Assembly (NCBI GenBank): GCA_037441285.1
Contig: JBBISL010000005.1
Location: 49,054-113,053, forward strand
Origin: a candidate division WOR-3 bacterium
Lineage (GTDB): Bacteria; Hydrothermota; Tepidihabitantia; Tepidihabitantales; Tepidihabitantaceae
DNA: 64,000 nt
Direction: 5' to 3'
Positions 1 through 9,476 of the stretch are shown here, piece after piece (the stretch's first letter is position 1; each line of letters begins with the position of its first letter). Both the position numbers and the translations under genes were made by a program. The notes below the pieces were generated by a model that was not told the origin of the DNA, ran no database searches, and saw only the letters and a program-made list of their open reading frames with translations.

Positions 1-2
1 TC

Positions 3-668
3 AACTTTTATACCGGACTGTTGTACGAGAAGATGGAGAAGTTTGATGATGCGCTGATTGAGTTCCGACAACTCGAAACACTCGGTATCAAAGGCTTGGT
101 ACGAAATGTTGAACTGATGCGGGACAGCGGTTATATCCTTGCCGGCGATTCAATTGAACTGGTGGTCCAGGTGGAGCATCAAACGGTTGGTTCAATCGGA
201 AGAACAGAGGTATATGCGGACAGTTCCCTTTTAGTGACGGTTCTACCTGAGGTGAGCGACAGTTTTGCGGTACGGTTAAGCCGAGCCGAGGCGAATCGTA
301 AAGCAGCACAGGAGGCGGGTGCCAAAGCAGCGCGTATCGGGCTGCGGGTTTTATCGGCGGTGCTTCTGGAAAAGGCGTTGCCCGGTATCGGGGAAGAACT
401 GGCGGACAATATCGCTGATATCACATTGGGCAAGGAGGAAGAGAATCGGGACATCCGTGCCTGGGGTTATGCACCATTAAACTTCGCCTTTGCCCGGATG
501 CGGATTCCCAAGTCAACCAGCAAGGCGCGGCTGGTGTTTTACAACCGGGCAGGCAGTATGCTGGGCTACTGTGACTATCCGCTCCGGGGCGAAAATAGCC
601 GGGCGGCTTATGCGGCGGGGATGTTTTTCATCGTCGCCGGTCTGGCTGAGGAGTTTTATGTGTATTAA
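3..668 (+). CDS. 5'-truncated COG3014-like TPR protein/lipoprotein (C-terminal part)
   Basis: Frame open from base 3 (NFYTGLLYEKMEKFDDALIEF), resembling COG3014 proteins; lies next to a YcfL-like gene as is typical. Confidence 0.55.
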   Translation, partial: NFYTGLLYEKMEKFDDALIEFRQLETLGIKGLVRNVELMRDSGYILAGDSIELVVQVEHQTVGSIGRTEVYADSSLLVTVLPEVSDSFAVRLSRAEANRKAAQEAGAKAARIGLRVLSAVLLEKALPGIGEELADNIADITLGKEEENRDIRAWGYAPLNFAFARMRIPKSTSKARLVFYNRAGSMLGYCDYPLRGENSRAAYAAGMFFIVAGLAEEFYVY

Positions 669-681
669 AAAGGAGGTTAGA

Positions 682-1095
682 ATGAAGAGATTCTGGGCAG
701 CAGCAGGCGGTCTGATGCTAATCCTTGCCTGTTCAACCACGATTAACTCCCTCTGGATTAACCGGGAGACCGAAAGCCGGCGCTGGGTAATCAACAACCC
801 GGTTCTGGCATCAGACATCCGGGTGCTGGATGTAAAAGAAGAGGAGAGTGGCGGCGCGTTGATTGTCAATGTCCTGTTGAAGAATGGCTGGCATATGCCA
901 ATTGGTGGTAAGGTCAAGATGCTTTTTTACGACCAGAATGGCGTGCAACTTGATGACCCCTGGGGCTGGCATCAAATCAACCTCGAATCCAATCAGGAGC
1001 AGTGGGTGAAGTTCGTGGCACCAAAGCCCGCGGACCAGATTTCCAAGATGAAACTGATGATTCGGGGAATCAACCGCTACTCCTCTTCAGGCTAA
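682..1095 (+). CDS. YcfL/DUF1425-like lipoprotein
   Basis: AGGAGG RBS then ATG682; lipobox ILAC; 'KMLFYDQNGVQLD..W' motif. Confidence 0.7.
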   Translation: MKRFWAAAGGLMLILACSTTINSLWINRETESRRWVINNPVLASDIRVLDVKEEESGGALIVNVLLKNGWHMPIGGKVKMLFYDQNGVQLDDPWGWHQINLESNQEQWVKFVAPKPADQISKMKLMIRGINRYSSSG

Positions 1096-1178
1096 GCGAG
1101 AACTTTCTTTGACCGGGATGTAATACAAACGCGAGAGCGTTAAAATTTCTGAATATTAGAGGATGTTAGTTAGGCATT

Positions 1179-2180
1179 TTGATGCTCTTATTTATTGCGC
1201 TTATCAGCGGTATTATTGAGTTCCACGGCCAGGCAATTGGGCAAATCGGCATCAGTGATTCGTTAAGCCATTGCTCCGTAAATATGGAGGGGGAATACCG
1301 ACCCAGAGTTGAGTATGAATCTGTAACACCAACACGCAGACTTGACTTTGTGGCATCGGTGCGGGCGGCCATCGGCAGCGTAATTCATTCCAAGAACACC
1401 AGTTGCCGTGCGGAGATAGACCTCTATCGGCTGTTTTTAAGTTATGGCAGTGAGCGTTATGAGGTACGCCTTGGTCTGCAGCAGATTAACTTCGGCTCGG
1501 CGATGATTTTACGACCCTTGCGCTGGTTTGACCGAATTGACCCGCGCGACCCGCTTCAGACTACGGCGGGTGTTTACGGTGTGCTTTACCGGTGCTATTC
1601 GGGCAACGACAATGCCTGGTTCTGGGGGCTTATTGGTAATTCAAAACCCAAAGGGCTGGAGACAACCCCAACCCCGAAATGGTTTCCTGAGGCGGGTGCC
1701 CGGCTGGAAAAGGCTTTGTCGGGCGGTGAGATGGCAGGCAGTTTCCATCATCGCTGGACGGTTGTTGAGGGTGATACGGTACTGGAAGACAAGTTTGGTC
1801 TTGATGGTCGCTGGGACATAGGTCCTGGTGTCTGGTTTGAAGGGACGCTGGTGCATACGGGTAAGCGGTGGCAAGGGCAAATAATGGGGGGTGTGGACCA
1901 TACCTTTGGAATCGGCAACGGGTTGACCGTCCTTCTGGAACATATGATAACCAGTAATCATACAAACGGGCAAAATCTCTCAGCGCTGTCTTTAACCTAT
2001 CCACTCGGGCTCAACGACAACCTGAGTCAGTTGACATTCTTTGACTGGCAGGAGCACAAGCCCTATATTTATCTGGCTTGGCAGCATACGCTGGATAACT
2101 GGCAGTTCCTTATCGCCGGTTATTTCAATGCGGCGGGAAAGACGAGCGGGATAGTCAGTCGGGTATTTTTTAACCATTGA
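1179..2180 (+). CDS. Putative outer-membrane beta-barrel protein associated with ABC/LolA-like operon
   Basis: RLGLQQINFG..RPLRWFDRIDPRDP motif, alternating aromatic strands, first gene of ABC operon. Confidence 0.55.
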   Translation: MMLLFIALISGIIEFHGQAIGQIGISDSLSHCSVNMEGEYRPRVEYESVTPTRRLDFVASVRAAIGSVIHSKNTSCRAEIDLYRLFLSYGSERYEVRLGLQQINFGSAMILRPLRWFDRIDPRDPLQTTAGVYGVLYRCYSGNDNAWFWGLIGNSKPKGLETTPTPKWFPEAGARLEKALSGGEMAGSFHHRWTVVEGDTVLEDKFGLDGRWDIGPGVWFEGTLVHTGKRWQGQIMGGVDHTFGIGNGLTVLLEHMITSNHTNGQNLSALSLTYPLGLNDNLSQLTFFDWQEHKPYIYLAWQHTLDNWQFLIAGYFNAAGKTSGIVSRVFFNH

Positions 2181-2186
2181 CAGGAG

Positions 2187-2894
2187 TTGAAGATGAATGA
2201 CCGCCAGGTTATTATCGAGACGATTAATCTAATAAAGCGTTATCCGATGGGACGGCAGGAACTGGTGGCACTCAAAGGGGTAAGTTTGAAGTTTTACCGC
2301 GGGGAGTTCAGTGGTGTTATCGGTCCTTCAGGTTCGGGCAAGACCACCCTGCTTAATATCATTGGAACCCTGGATGCGCCCAGTGCCGGTTCGGTCCTGG
2401 TGCTGAATGAGCGGGGGGAATCGCTTTCCCCGCAGCGGGCAGCGGAACTGCGCAGCCGGCATATTGGCTTTATCTTTCAGACCTTTAATCTTCTGCCGGT
2501 TTATACCGTTTACGAAAATGTTGAGTTCCCGCTTTTGCTCTTAAAAATACCGGCAAAAGAGCGAAGCAAAAAGGTGATGGCGGCGCTGGAATGGGTTGGG
2601 CTGGCAGACCGCGCAAACTCAAAACCTTCCCAGCTGTCGGGCGGTGAATGTCAAAGGGTGGCGATTGCCCGGGCGGTGGTAAAAGAGCCAGCGCTCATCC
2701 TTGCCGATGAGCCAACCGCCAACCTTGATGCCGAGAACTCATATCATATTCTCACAACAATGGTAAAACTCAACCGAGAACTGGGTACGACATTTATCTT
2801 TTCCACCCACGACGAAAAGGTAATTAAGTTTTTGCGGCGTCGCATTAAACTGGTTGATGGTGCGGTGGTGGCAGATGAGGAGGTAAAAGGGTGA
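2187..2894 (+). CDS. ABC transporter ATP-binding protein (LolD/MacB-like)
   Basis: Walker A GPSGSGKT, LSGGECQR signature, ILADEPTANLD. Confidence 0.95.
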   Translation: MKMNDRQVIIETINLIKRYPMGRQELVALKGVSLKFYRGEFSGVIGPSGSGKTTLLNIIGTLDAPSAGSVLVLNERGESLSPQRAAELRSRHIGFIFQTFNLLPVYTVYENVEFPLLLLKIPAKERSKKVMAALEWVGLADRANSKPSQLSGGECQRVAIARAVVKEPALILADEPTANLDAENSYHILTTMVKLNRELGTTFIFSTHDEKVIKFLRRRIKLVDGAVVADEEVKG

Positions 2895-4060
2895 GTGCGA
2901 TTAAACTGGCGTTGCGCAACCTGCGCGGAGCAGGGATTAGAACCTGGCTCAATGGTTTTGCCCTGTCCCTGGCGTTTGTTGCGATTATCTTTGGTCAGGG
3001 GCTATTAGCAGGGGTAAACCGTCAGGCAGAAAGGTCATCAATAGATTTTGAGTTCGGGGGCGGACAGTTTTGGTGTGAAGGTTTTGACCCCTATGACCCG
3101 TTGACATTGGAGCAGTCACACCGGGTGCTACCAGATACGCTTGCGCAACTGGTAGAATCCGGTCAGGCGGTAGCGATTCTGGTTGTTCCCGGGACGGTTT
3201 TTGTTCAGGGAAGGATGGTACCGGTACTGCTCAAGGGGATTTCAACGCCGCAGACCGTTTTGAAGATTCCGACACAAGTACTGATTGACTCAACCGGTGA
3301 TTTACCGGTTTTGTTAGGGGCGCAAATGGCAAAGAAGTTGAATGTCAAGGTGGATGATTACCCGACACTGCAGTGGCGGGACAAAGAGGGCGCATTTGAC
3401 GCCCGGGAGGTTCGGGTCGCAGGAATAATGCAGACAAGTGTCGGGACAATTGACCAGGGTCAGGTGTGGCTGCCCTTAAACCAGCTTGAGAATTTGACCG
3501 GGTTGGAAAGGCAGGCAACAGTCGTGGTTCTGAAACCCGGTGTGAAAGCGCCGCCCGTTGTTGAAGGCTGGGAGTTTCGCACTGCCGAATTTCTTCTTTC
3601 TGATTTGCGGCAGATGATAAAGACAAAGACCGTGGGTCAGTCGATTATGTTTGTCGTGCTATTTCTTCTGGCACTCTTAGCGATATTTGACACCCAGGTG
3701 TTTTCTATTTTCCGCCGGCGCCGGGAGATTGGCACGCTCATCGCGCTGGGAATGACGCGCGGTGCGGTGATTGCGATGTTCACCTTTGAGGGTGCGATGT
3801 ACGGGGTGCTGGCAGCGCTGTTGGGTGCGATTTACGGTACGCCGCTGTTCCTTTATCTAAGTGCCTATGGGCTGGCAATGCCGGGTGGAAATCAGTGGGG
3901 GTTTGCGCTTGAAGAGCGAATGTATCCGGCATGGACTGCAGGGTTGATTGTCGGCACAACGATACTGGTTCTGATTACCGCAACCGTTGTGTCGTATCTG
4001 CCAACCCGGCGCATCTTGAAACTGAAGCCAACCGACGCTCTCCGGGGAAAATGGGTATGA
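2891..4060 (+). CDS. ABC permease, FtsX/LolE-like
   Basis: LALRNL start, RRREIGTLIALG motif, 4-TM layout with periplasmic domain. Confidence 0.9.
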   Translation: MSAIKLALRNLRGAGIRTWLNGFALSLAFVAIIFGQGLLAGVNRQAERSSIDFEFGGGQFWCEGFDPYDPLTLEQSHRVLPDTLAQLVESGQAVAILVVPGTVFVQGRMVPVLLKGISTPQTVLKIPTQVLIDSTGDLPVLLGAQMAKKLNVKVDDYPTLQWRDKEGAFDAREVRVAGIMQTSVGTIDQGQVWLPLNQLENLTGLERQATVVVLKPGVKAPPVVEGWEFRTAEFLLSDLRQMIKTKTVGQSIMFVVLFLLALLAIFDTQVFSIFRRRREIGTLIALGMTRGAVIAMFTFEGAMYGVLAALLGAIYGTPLFLYLSAYGLAMPGGNQWGFALEERMYPAWTAGLIVGTTILVLITATVVSYLPTRRILKLKPTDALRGKWV

Positions 4061-5328
4061 CCGGTTTCATTATCAAAGGGCTGGTGCGGGATCGCAGTCG
4101 CAGCCTTTTCCCATTTCTGACGGTTGCGATTGGTGTTGCGCTGGTGGTATTTCTGGACGCCTATTTGCGCGGGACAGAGGACAGCGTTTTTGATACCACC
4201 GCCCGACTGGTGACGGGTCATTTGATGGTAACGACCCGGGCACAGGCGCAGGAAGGTGAAGCCGGTTCTCTGGAGACGGCGCTGTTCGGAGTCAAGGGTT
4301 TAAAGGCGGAGTTGAAAAGCAGGCATCCGGATATCATCTGGACCGAGCGCATCCGGTTCAGCGGCATACTTGATGTGCCCGATTCGCTGGGCGTGACCCG
4401 GGCACAGGTACCAATTACCGGTTTGGCGGTTGACCTGACACCGGGCTCGGTTGAGCATCAACTTCTCCAGTTGGAGAAGGCGCTGGTGCGGGGCAGGATT
4501 CCGGAAGAGAGCCGCGAGATTTTGCTCAGCGAGGAGTTGTGTCAGCGGCTGGGAATTTCGCCGGGTGCGCGCCTTACCCTGATATCAATGACCGCAGAAG
4601 GCGGTATGGCAATTGCCGACTTCACGCTTGCGGGCACGGTGCGGTTTGGTGTTACCGCTTTAGACCGCAGTATGGTTATTGGCAAATTAGAAGGGGTGCA
4701 GGAGGCGCTCGGGCTGGAAGACGGTGCGAGTGAAATTGTGGGATTTTTTACGGACGGGGTTTATGACGACCGGCGCGCGGGGCAAATCGCCCGGGAGTAC
4801 AACGCCGGTTTAAGCAGGATTGAAGACGAGTTTGCACCGATGATGCGGTCTTTACGGGAGGCAAGCGATTTGGGTTCACTTATTGACATCGTTTCGGGCG
4901 CTACCGGCTTAATAACCCTGATATTCATTGTCGCGATGGCGGTGGTACTCTGGAATGCGGGATTGATGGGTTCACTCCGGCGTTACGGTGAGATTGGCAT
5001 CCGGTTGGCGCTCGGTGAGTCCAAACCGGCGCTTTACCTTTCGCTTCTTGCCGAGGCGTTTTTTATCGGGCTGGTCGGTTCGGTTGCGGGCACGCTGGTC
5101 GGACTGGTGCCGGCGTATTATCTACAGAAGGTCGGGCTCAACATCGGCGGGATGATGAAAAATACCACGGTAGTAATAAGTGAGGTGCTGCGCGCCCGGA
5201 TTGCACCGGCAAGTTTCTTTGTCGGATTCCTGCCCGGGTTGATGGCGACCTTTCTGGGCAGGGCGATTTCCGGGCTGGGAATTTTCCGGCGTTCAACCGC
5301 CCGGCTGGCAAAGGAGTTTTCCGAATGA
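4057..5328 (+). CDS. ABC permease, FtsX/LolE-like (second subunit)
   Basis: ATGA overlap at 4057; RRYGEIGIRLALG motif. Confidence 0.9.
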   Translation: MTGFIIKGLVRDRSRSLFPFLTVAIGVALVVFLDAYLRGTEDSVFDTTARLVTGHLMVTTRAQAQEGEAGSLETALFGVKGLKAELKSRHPDIIWTERIRFSGILDVPDSLGVTRAQVPITGLAVDLTPGSVEHQLLQLEKALVRGRIPEESREILLSEELCQRLGISPGARLTLISMTAEGGMAIADFTLAGTVRFGVTALDRSMVIGKLEGVQEALGLEDGASEIVGFFTDGVYDDRRAGQIAREYNAGLSRIEDEFAPMMRSLREASDLGSLIDIVSGATGLITLIFIVAMAVVLWNAGLMGSLRRYGEIGIRLALGESKPALYLSLLAEAFFIGLVGSVAGTLVGLVPAYYLQKVGLNIGGMMKNTTVVISEVLRARIAPASFFVGFLPGLMATFLGRAISGLGIFRRSTARLAKEFSE

Positions 5329-6044
5329 GCACAATTCTGGCTCTGCTACTGTTTTTTACCGGAGAACTGCCCAATGGTGATACGCTCCTTGTCCGAATTG
5401 ATGAAAACATCTTTGTTAGGAGCCGGATGGTTGTTGCCAGTATGCGCATCACCGGCAGAAGGGGCATGCGGACCGTGCGCATCCGTTCTTATAGCCGGGG
5501 TGACAGCGCCTTTGTTGAGTATCTGGCACCGGAACGGGAAAGGGGCACCAAGATGCTGAAGTTAGGGCGTGACCTCTGGATTTACACACCAGAATCGGAC
5601 CGGACAATCCGTATCTCCGGTCATATGTTGCGCCAGTCGGTAGCGGGTTCGGATTTGTCTTATGAAGATATGATGGAGGAGCCGCGTTTGAGTCAGATTT
5701 ACAGCGCGGTTACAACGGGCAGCGATTCAATCGATTCCAGACCGGTCTGGGTCTTAGAACTCAACGCCCGGAAACCGGATGTTGCCTATCCAAAACGAAG
5801 AATCTGGGTGGACCGCGAAAGGTTGATTGTGCTCAAAGAGGAACGGTTTTCCAAGAGTGGTAAGCCGTTAAAAAGAGCCGAGGTGCTTGAAACAAAATGG
5901 ATTGACAGCCGCTGGCTCGCAACCCGGGTGGTTTTCCGCGACCTGTTGAAAACCGGAGCCGGCACCGAATTTGTCATTGAAGAGATGCATCAGGACATTT
6001 CAATTCCGCCCGCGCTTTTCACTAAGGCGTCATTGCGGCGGTAG
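5325..6044 (+). CDS. Outer-membrane lipoprotein-sorting protein (LolA-like)
   Basis: ERGTKMLK..LWIY.P, GSDLSYED motif; follows FtsX-like permeases. Confidence 0.85.
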   Translation: MSTILALLLFFTGELPNGDTLLVRIDENIFVRSRMVVASMRITGRRGMRTVRIRSYSRGDSAFVEYLAPERERGTKMLKLGRDLWIYTPESDRTIRISGHMLRQSVAGSDLSYEDMMEEPRLSQIYSAVTTGSDSIDSRPVWVLELNARKPDVAYPKRRIWVDRERLIVLKEERFSKSGKPLKRAEVLETKWIDSRWLATRVVFRDLLKTGAGTEFVIEEMHQDISIPPALFTKASLRR

Positions 6045-6046
6045 GG

Positions 6047-6769
6047 TCAGACCGAACGCAGATACCCGGAAAATGATTTCGGATTTTCGACGGTTTTACC
6101 CGCTGTTCGGCTGAATGCGCCCGGTCCGAACCCGATAACAGGCTTGTTGCCGGCTAAGGCGATAAGATGGTGGTTTTCTTTGCCGGGTAAGGCAAAGTGT
6201 CCGGGTAAAAACTGGTTATATTCACTGGTTAGTTTTTCGGTCAATTTGGGTTGGGCTGATTCTGGGTAAAATGTGATATGGTCGGGTTTGAGCGTAAGGA
6301 TGCGGTTAAAGGCTGTTTCCGGAATTGCGACGGGCAGTTCAAATCCAACCGAGAAGAAGCCAGCATCTTGCAGGATGAGGAAGTCGTTTTCGGGCAGGGT
6401 TTGGGTATCAGGTTTGAGCCGTAATGTCATCTGGTCAAATCCAGATTCGCGCAGGACCTTTGCCCGTGCCAAATCCACGGTGTCGGGTAAAACGACGAAT
6501 GTCTGTTCTTCAGGCTGGATTACAAGGTGGTCGTAAAGCGCCTGTAAAATCCGGTACAACTGGTCAAGGGTAAGGCAGGATGGTCCACAGCCACCAAAGT
6601 AGATGGTGGTAAAGGTGTGTTTGCGCTGGGTTTTGCTCCGGGAGCGAATTTCCCGAATAAGGGCGGTGACGAATTTTTCAGCGGTTTCCGGGTTATAAGG
6701 CAAGGGCTGGGTGCCAAATCGCCAGTCCGGTTCACTGCCAAACGGAACGGTGACGGTGATGCCGGACAA
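6047..6769 (-). CDS. Degenerate HemN/HemW-like radical-SAM-fold protein lacking CxxxCxxC
   Basis: TTIYFGGCGPS.L resembles HemW TIYFGGGTPS; likely TTG start at 6769 just after lepB stop (ORF track start 7006 overlaps lepB). Confidence 0.65.
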   Translation of the reverse strand: MSGITVTVPFGSEPDWRFGTQPLPYNPETAEKFVTALIREIRSRSKTQRKHTFTTIYFGGCGPSCLTLDQLYRILQALYDHLVIQPEEQTFVVLPDTVDLARAKVLRESGFDQMTLRLKPDTQTLPENDFLILQDAGFFSVGFELPVAIPETAFNRILTLKPDHITFYPESAQPKLTEKLTSEYNQFLPGHFALPGKENHHLIALAGNKPVIGFGPGAFSRTAGKTVENPKSFSGYLRSV

Positions 6770-6773
6770 GGGT

Positions 6774-7598
6774 TTAACGGACCAGTCTGCCAATCCGATT
6801 GAATCGGATTGCCCAGGGTGAGATGATGATGCGGGCGATGTTGGGTGCGGCACTGGAGGAGAAGTACAAAACGAGCGGTTTTCCCCGGAGATAACGCAGG
6901 GGAAGCGGTCCCCAGAAGCGGGAGTCTTCGGAGTTGTCCCGGTTGTCACCCATCGCAAAGATGTGTCCTTCGGGTACAACCACCGGACCAAAGTTGTCCC
7001 GAACATAGGGGGAAAGTTCCGAGCGGTAAAAACTACGGTTTTCCCAGAGGTGCTGGAAGTCGGGTTTCAACTCCTGTGGCAAAGGAGGCAGGGTGTAGTA
7101 GAACTTGTGGACCGCGTAGGGCGCAACCACTTTTTTACCGTTGATAAACAGTTCTTTGTTGCGTACTTCAACGGTGTCACCGGCAACCGCAACGCACCTT
7201 TTGACAAAGTTGCGCGGGGTGTACCAGGTGAAGAAGTTGGTCTGTTTATCCCAGAACAAAGGCAGTAGCGGTAACCAGGATGGGAAGATGCGAGCATAGC
7301 GGTTGGGGTGCAGGGAGTCAACCGGCATATCCGGGTCAACCGGAAACCGGAAGATGACGATGTCCCCGCGCTTCGGGCTGGAAATGGGGATAAGGGTGCG
7401 GTCGGTGAAAGGGATTTTGACCCCATAGACGAATTTGTTGACGAGCATAAAGTCGCCGACCAAAATGGTGTCTTCCATTGAGCCGGTGGGTACCATAAAC
7501 GCCTCAACAAGAAAGGAGCGAATGAGAAGGACGGCGATGATAACCGGGGTCCACTCGCGAAAGAACCGCTTTACACCGCTGCCAAATCCATCAGCCAT
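6774..7598 (-). CDS. lepB: Signal peptidase I
   Basis: PTGSMEDT (Ser), FVKRC (Lys), GDNRDNSEDSRFWG. Confidence 0.95.
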   Translation of the reverse strand: MADGFGSGVKRFFREWTPVIIAVLLIRSFLVEAFMVPTGSMEDTILVGDFMLVNKFVYGVKIPFTDRTLIPISSPKRGDIVIFRFPVDPDMPVDSLHPNRYARIFPSWLPLLPLFWDKQTNFFTWYTPRNFVKRCVAVAGDTVEVRNKELFINGKKVVAPYAVHKFYYTLPPLPQELKPDFQHLWENRSFYRSELSPYVRDNFGPVVVPEGHIFAMGDNRDNSEDSRFWGPLPLRYLRGKPLVLYFSSSAAPNIARIIISPWAIRFNRIGRLVR

Positions 7599-7606
7599 AA
7601 CAGGTT

Positions 7607-7634
7607 AGTTTAGAGAAGGGTAAGGTAAAGTCAA
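7607..7634 (-). promoter_or_regulatory. sigma70-type promoter, leaderless lepB
   Basis: TTGACT-N16-TAAACT-N8-ATG on minus strand. Confidence 0.65.
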
Positions 7635-7672
7635 GCATCAGGGGAATAAGTAATGGTGTTCAACCATCACTG

Positions 7673-7700
7673 TTGACCCGGAGATGGATAAGGATAGAAT
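7673..7700 (+). promoter_or_regulatory. sigma70-type promoter, leaderless
   Basis: TTGACC-N16-TAGAAT-N6-GTG7707. Confidence 0.75.
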
Positions 7701-7706
7701 AAATCT

Positions 7707-8690
7707 GTGAAGGTTAAAGCGGTCTCGTTACTATCAGGCGGGCTGGACTCCATCCTTGCCTGCCGGGTGATACTGGACCAAGGGGTTCAGGTTTTTGGCT
7801 TAAACTTTGTCAGTCCGTTTTGCACCTGTACGAAAAAGGGGTGTCGGCATGAGGCGCGCCGCGCTGCGGAGCAACTCGGGATTCCTTTGAAGGTGGTGGC
7901 AAAGGGTGAAGAGTACATCCAGATGATAAAGAAGCCCCGGCACGGTTACGGCTCGGCAATGAACCCGTGCATCGACTGCCGGATTTTTACCTTTGCGCGG
8001 GCAAAGGAGTATATGGAGGAGATTGGCGCCCAGTTTGTGTTCACGGGTGAGGTTTTAGGCGAAAGGCCTATGTCCCAGCATCTGCAGGCGTTGAAGTTGA
8101 TTGAACGGGAGTCCGGGCTGCAGGGCAGGGTTTTGCGGCCGCTCTCGGCAAAACTGCTGGAGCCCACAGTCCCGGAAATTGAAGGTTGGGTTGACCGGCA
8201 GAAACTGCTCGCGATTCAGGGACGGTCGCGCAAGCCCCAGATTGCGCTTGCTGCCCATTACGGTATCAAAGATTATCCCTGTCCTGCGGGTGGTTGCCTT
8301 TTAACCGATAAAAACTTTGCCCAGCGGCTGAAAGATGCGTTTGCCCATAATGAAGACAGTCTGCGTGATATGAATCTGTTAAAGGTGGGCAGGCACTTCC
8401 GGCTGCCTTCCCGCCGAAAGGTGGTTGTGGGCAGAAATGAGATGGAGAACAGGGTGCTCACCAATCTAATTGATGCCAATGATGTTGTGATTGAGCCGGT
8501 TGATGTTGCGGGACCGGTGGTGGTTGTCTGGCAGGGAGGTGATGATAAAGATGTTGAGGTTGCTGCCCGGCTTTGCGCCCGGTACTCGGACGGCAAAAGC
8601 CTGCCCCGCTTAAAGGTGCGGGCTGGTAGACGGGTTTTTGAGGTGGCACCGCTTGAAGAGGAAGCGACCCAGGCGTTGCGGGTCGGCTGA
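7707..8690 (+). CDS. PP-loop tRNA thiouridylase-like protein (ThiI/MnmA-related)
   Basis: SGGLDS PP-loop, NPCIDCR, GEVLGERPMSQ, PAGGCLLTD. Confidence 0.8.
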   Translation: MKVKAVSLLSGGLDSILACRVILDQGVQVFGLNFVSPFCTCTKKGCRHEARRAAEQLGIPLKVVAKGEEYIQMIKKPRHGYGSAMNPCIDCRIFTFARAKEYMEEIGAQFVFTGEVLGERPMSQHLQALKLIERESGLQGRVLRPLSAKLLEPTVPEIEGWVDRQKLLAIQGRSRKPQIALAAHYGIKDYPCPAGGCLLTDKNFAQRLKDAFAHNEDSLRDMNLLKVGRHFRLPSRRKVVVGRNEMENRVLTNLIDANDVVIEPVDVAGPVVVVWQGGDDKDVEVAARLCARYSDGKSLPRLKVRAGRRVFEVAPLEEEATQALRVG

Positions 8691-8756
8691 TTCAGGCTGC
8701 CAATTAAGACATCTGCATATATTGCAAGGGGTTAGAGATTTGGTATAATTTATTAG

Positions 8757-9308
8757 ATGAGGGCGGTCCAGTTTAGTGTTGTCAGTTTCCCTAAATTACA
8801 ACAGGATAAGGAACTTTTGCGATTGCGGGAGCGGTTTGCGCCCGGGATATTTCAACTGGAGCCGCACATTCCGGTGGTTTTGCCCTGGGTGCCGGTTGCG
8901 TTGGGTGATGTGGTTACAATGGTAAACTGTTTGAGTGAGACCCGAAGGAAGTTACACCCCATTGCGATTGTGTGCGACAACTGGCACCGCCAGGGTGAAC
9001 TCCTGCTTGGTGATGTAACCCAGGGACAGGAGGCGGTGCTGGAGTTGAGAAAAAGTATCACCGGTATCGAGCCGGTCCCTTTAATAAATGATGAAGCGTC
9101 CCGGGGTGTGTATCTTGTGGTTTGCCGGGTTCCAGAAGAGGAGAAATGGGATTCTCTACTTAAAGAGGTGCAAACTGTGGGCAGAAGTTTAGGGGTGGTT
9201 GATTCGGTGGTGCTGCTCCGCACCCTGCCGGACGGTTCGTGGCAGCGGGTGGCAAACTTTCCTTTTGGTGTCGGCAGGGTCGATTTTTACGAGCAACTGG
9301 TGGGATAA
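8757..9308 (+). CDS. 2H phosphoesterase / 2'-5' RNA ligase-like protein (degenerate)
   Basis: LRERFAP...EPHIPVV resembles the first HxT motif; second motif not evident; leaderless promoter TTGCAA-N16-TATAAT-N7-ATG. Confidence 0.5.
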   Translation: MRAVQFSVVSFPKLQQDKELLRLRERFAPGIFQLEPHIPVVLPWVPVALGDVVTMVNCLSETRRKLHPIAIVCDNWHRQGELLLGDVTQGQEAVLELRKSITGIEPVPLINDEASRGVYLVVCRVPEEEKWDSLLKEVQTVGRSLGVVDSVVLLRTLPDGSWQRVANFPFGVGRVDFYEQLVG

Positions 9309-9412
9309 AGACCAAACTGTTTTGTTCCAGAAAAGCCAATTCTGAACACAAAAGTCCAGCGTCCGTAATTTCCTAACACAACAACTCGTTGACAATTAGT
9401 TACTTACAATCT

Positions 9413-9428
9413 TGGCACACCGGTTGTA
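9413..9428 (+). promoter_or_regulatory. Possible sigma54 -24/-12 promoter
   Basis: TGGCAC-ACCGG-TTGTA (one mismatch at -12). Confidence 0.45.
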
Positions 9429-9476
9429 ATTATATCGGGTGATGGCAAGTAGAATTAAAAAAACAGGAGGTCAAAA

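Noticed and set aside
6770..7006. N-terminal 79 aa of ORF 6047..7006
   Set aside because: Overlaps lepB in another frame and looks non-protein-like; the TTG at 6769 is the more plausible start
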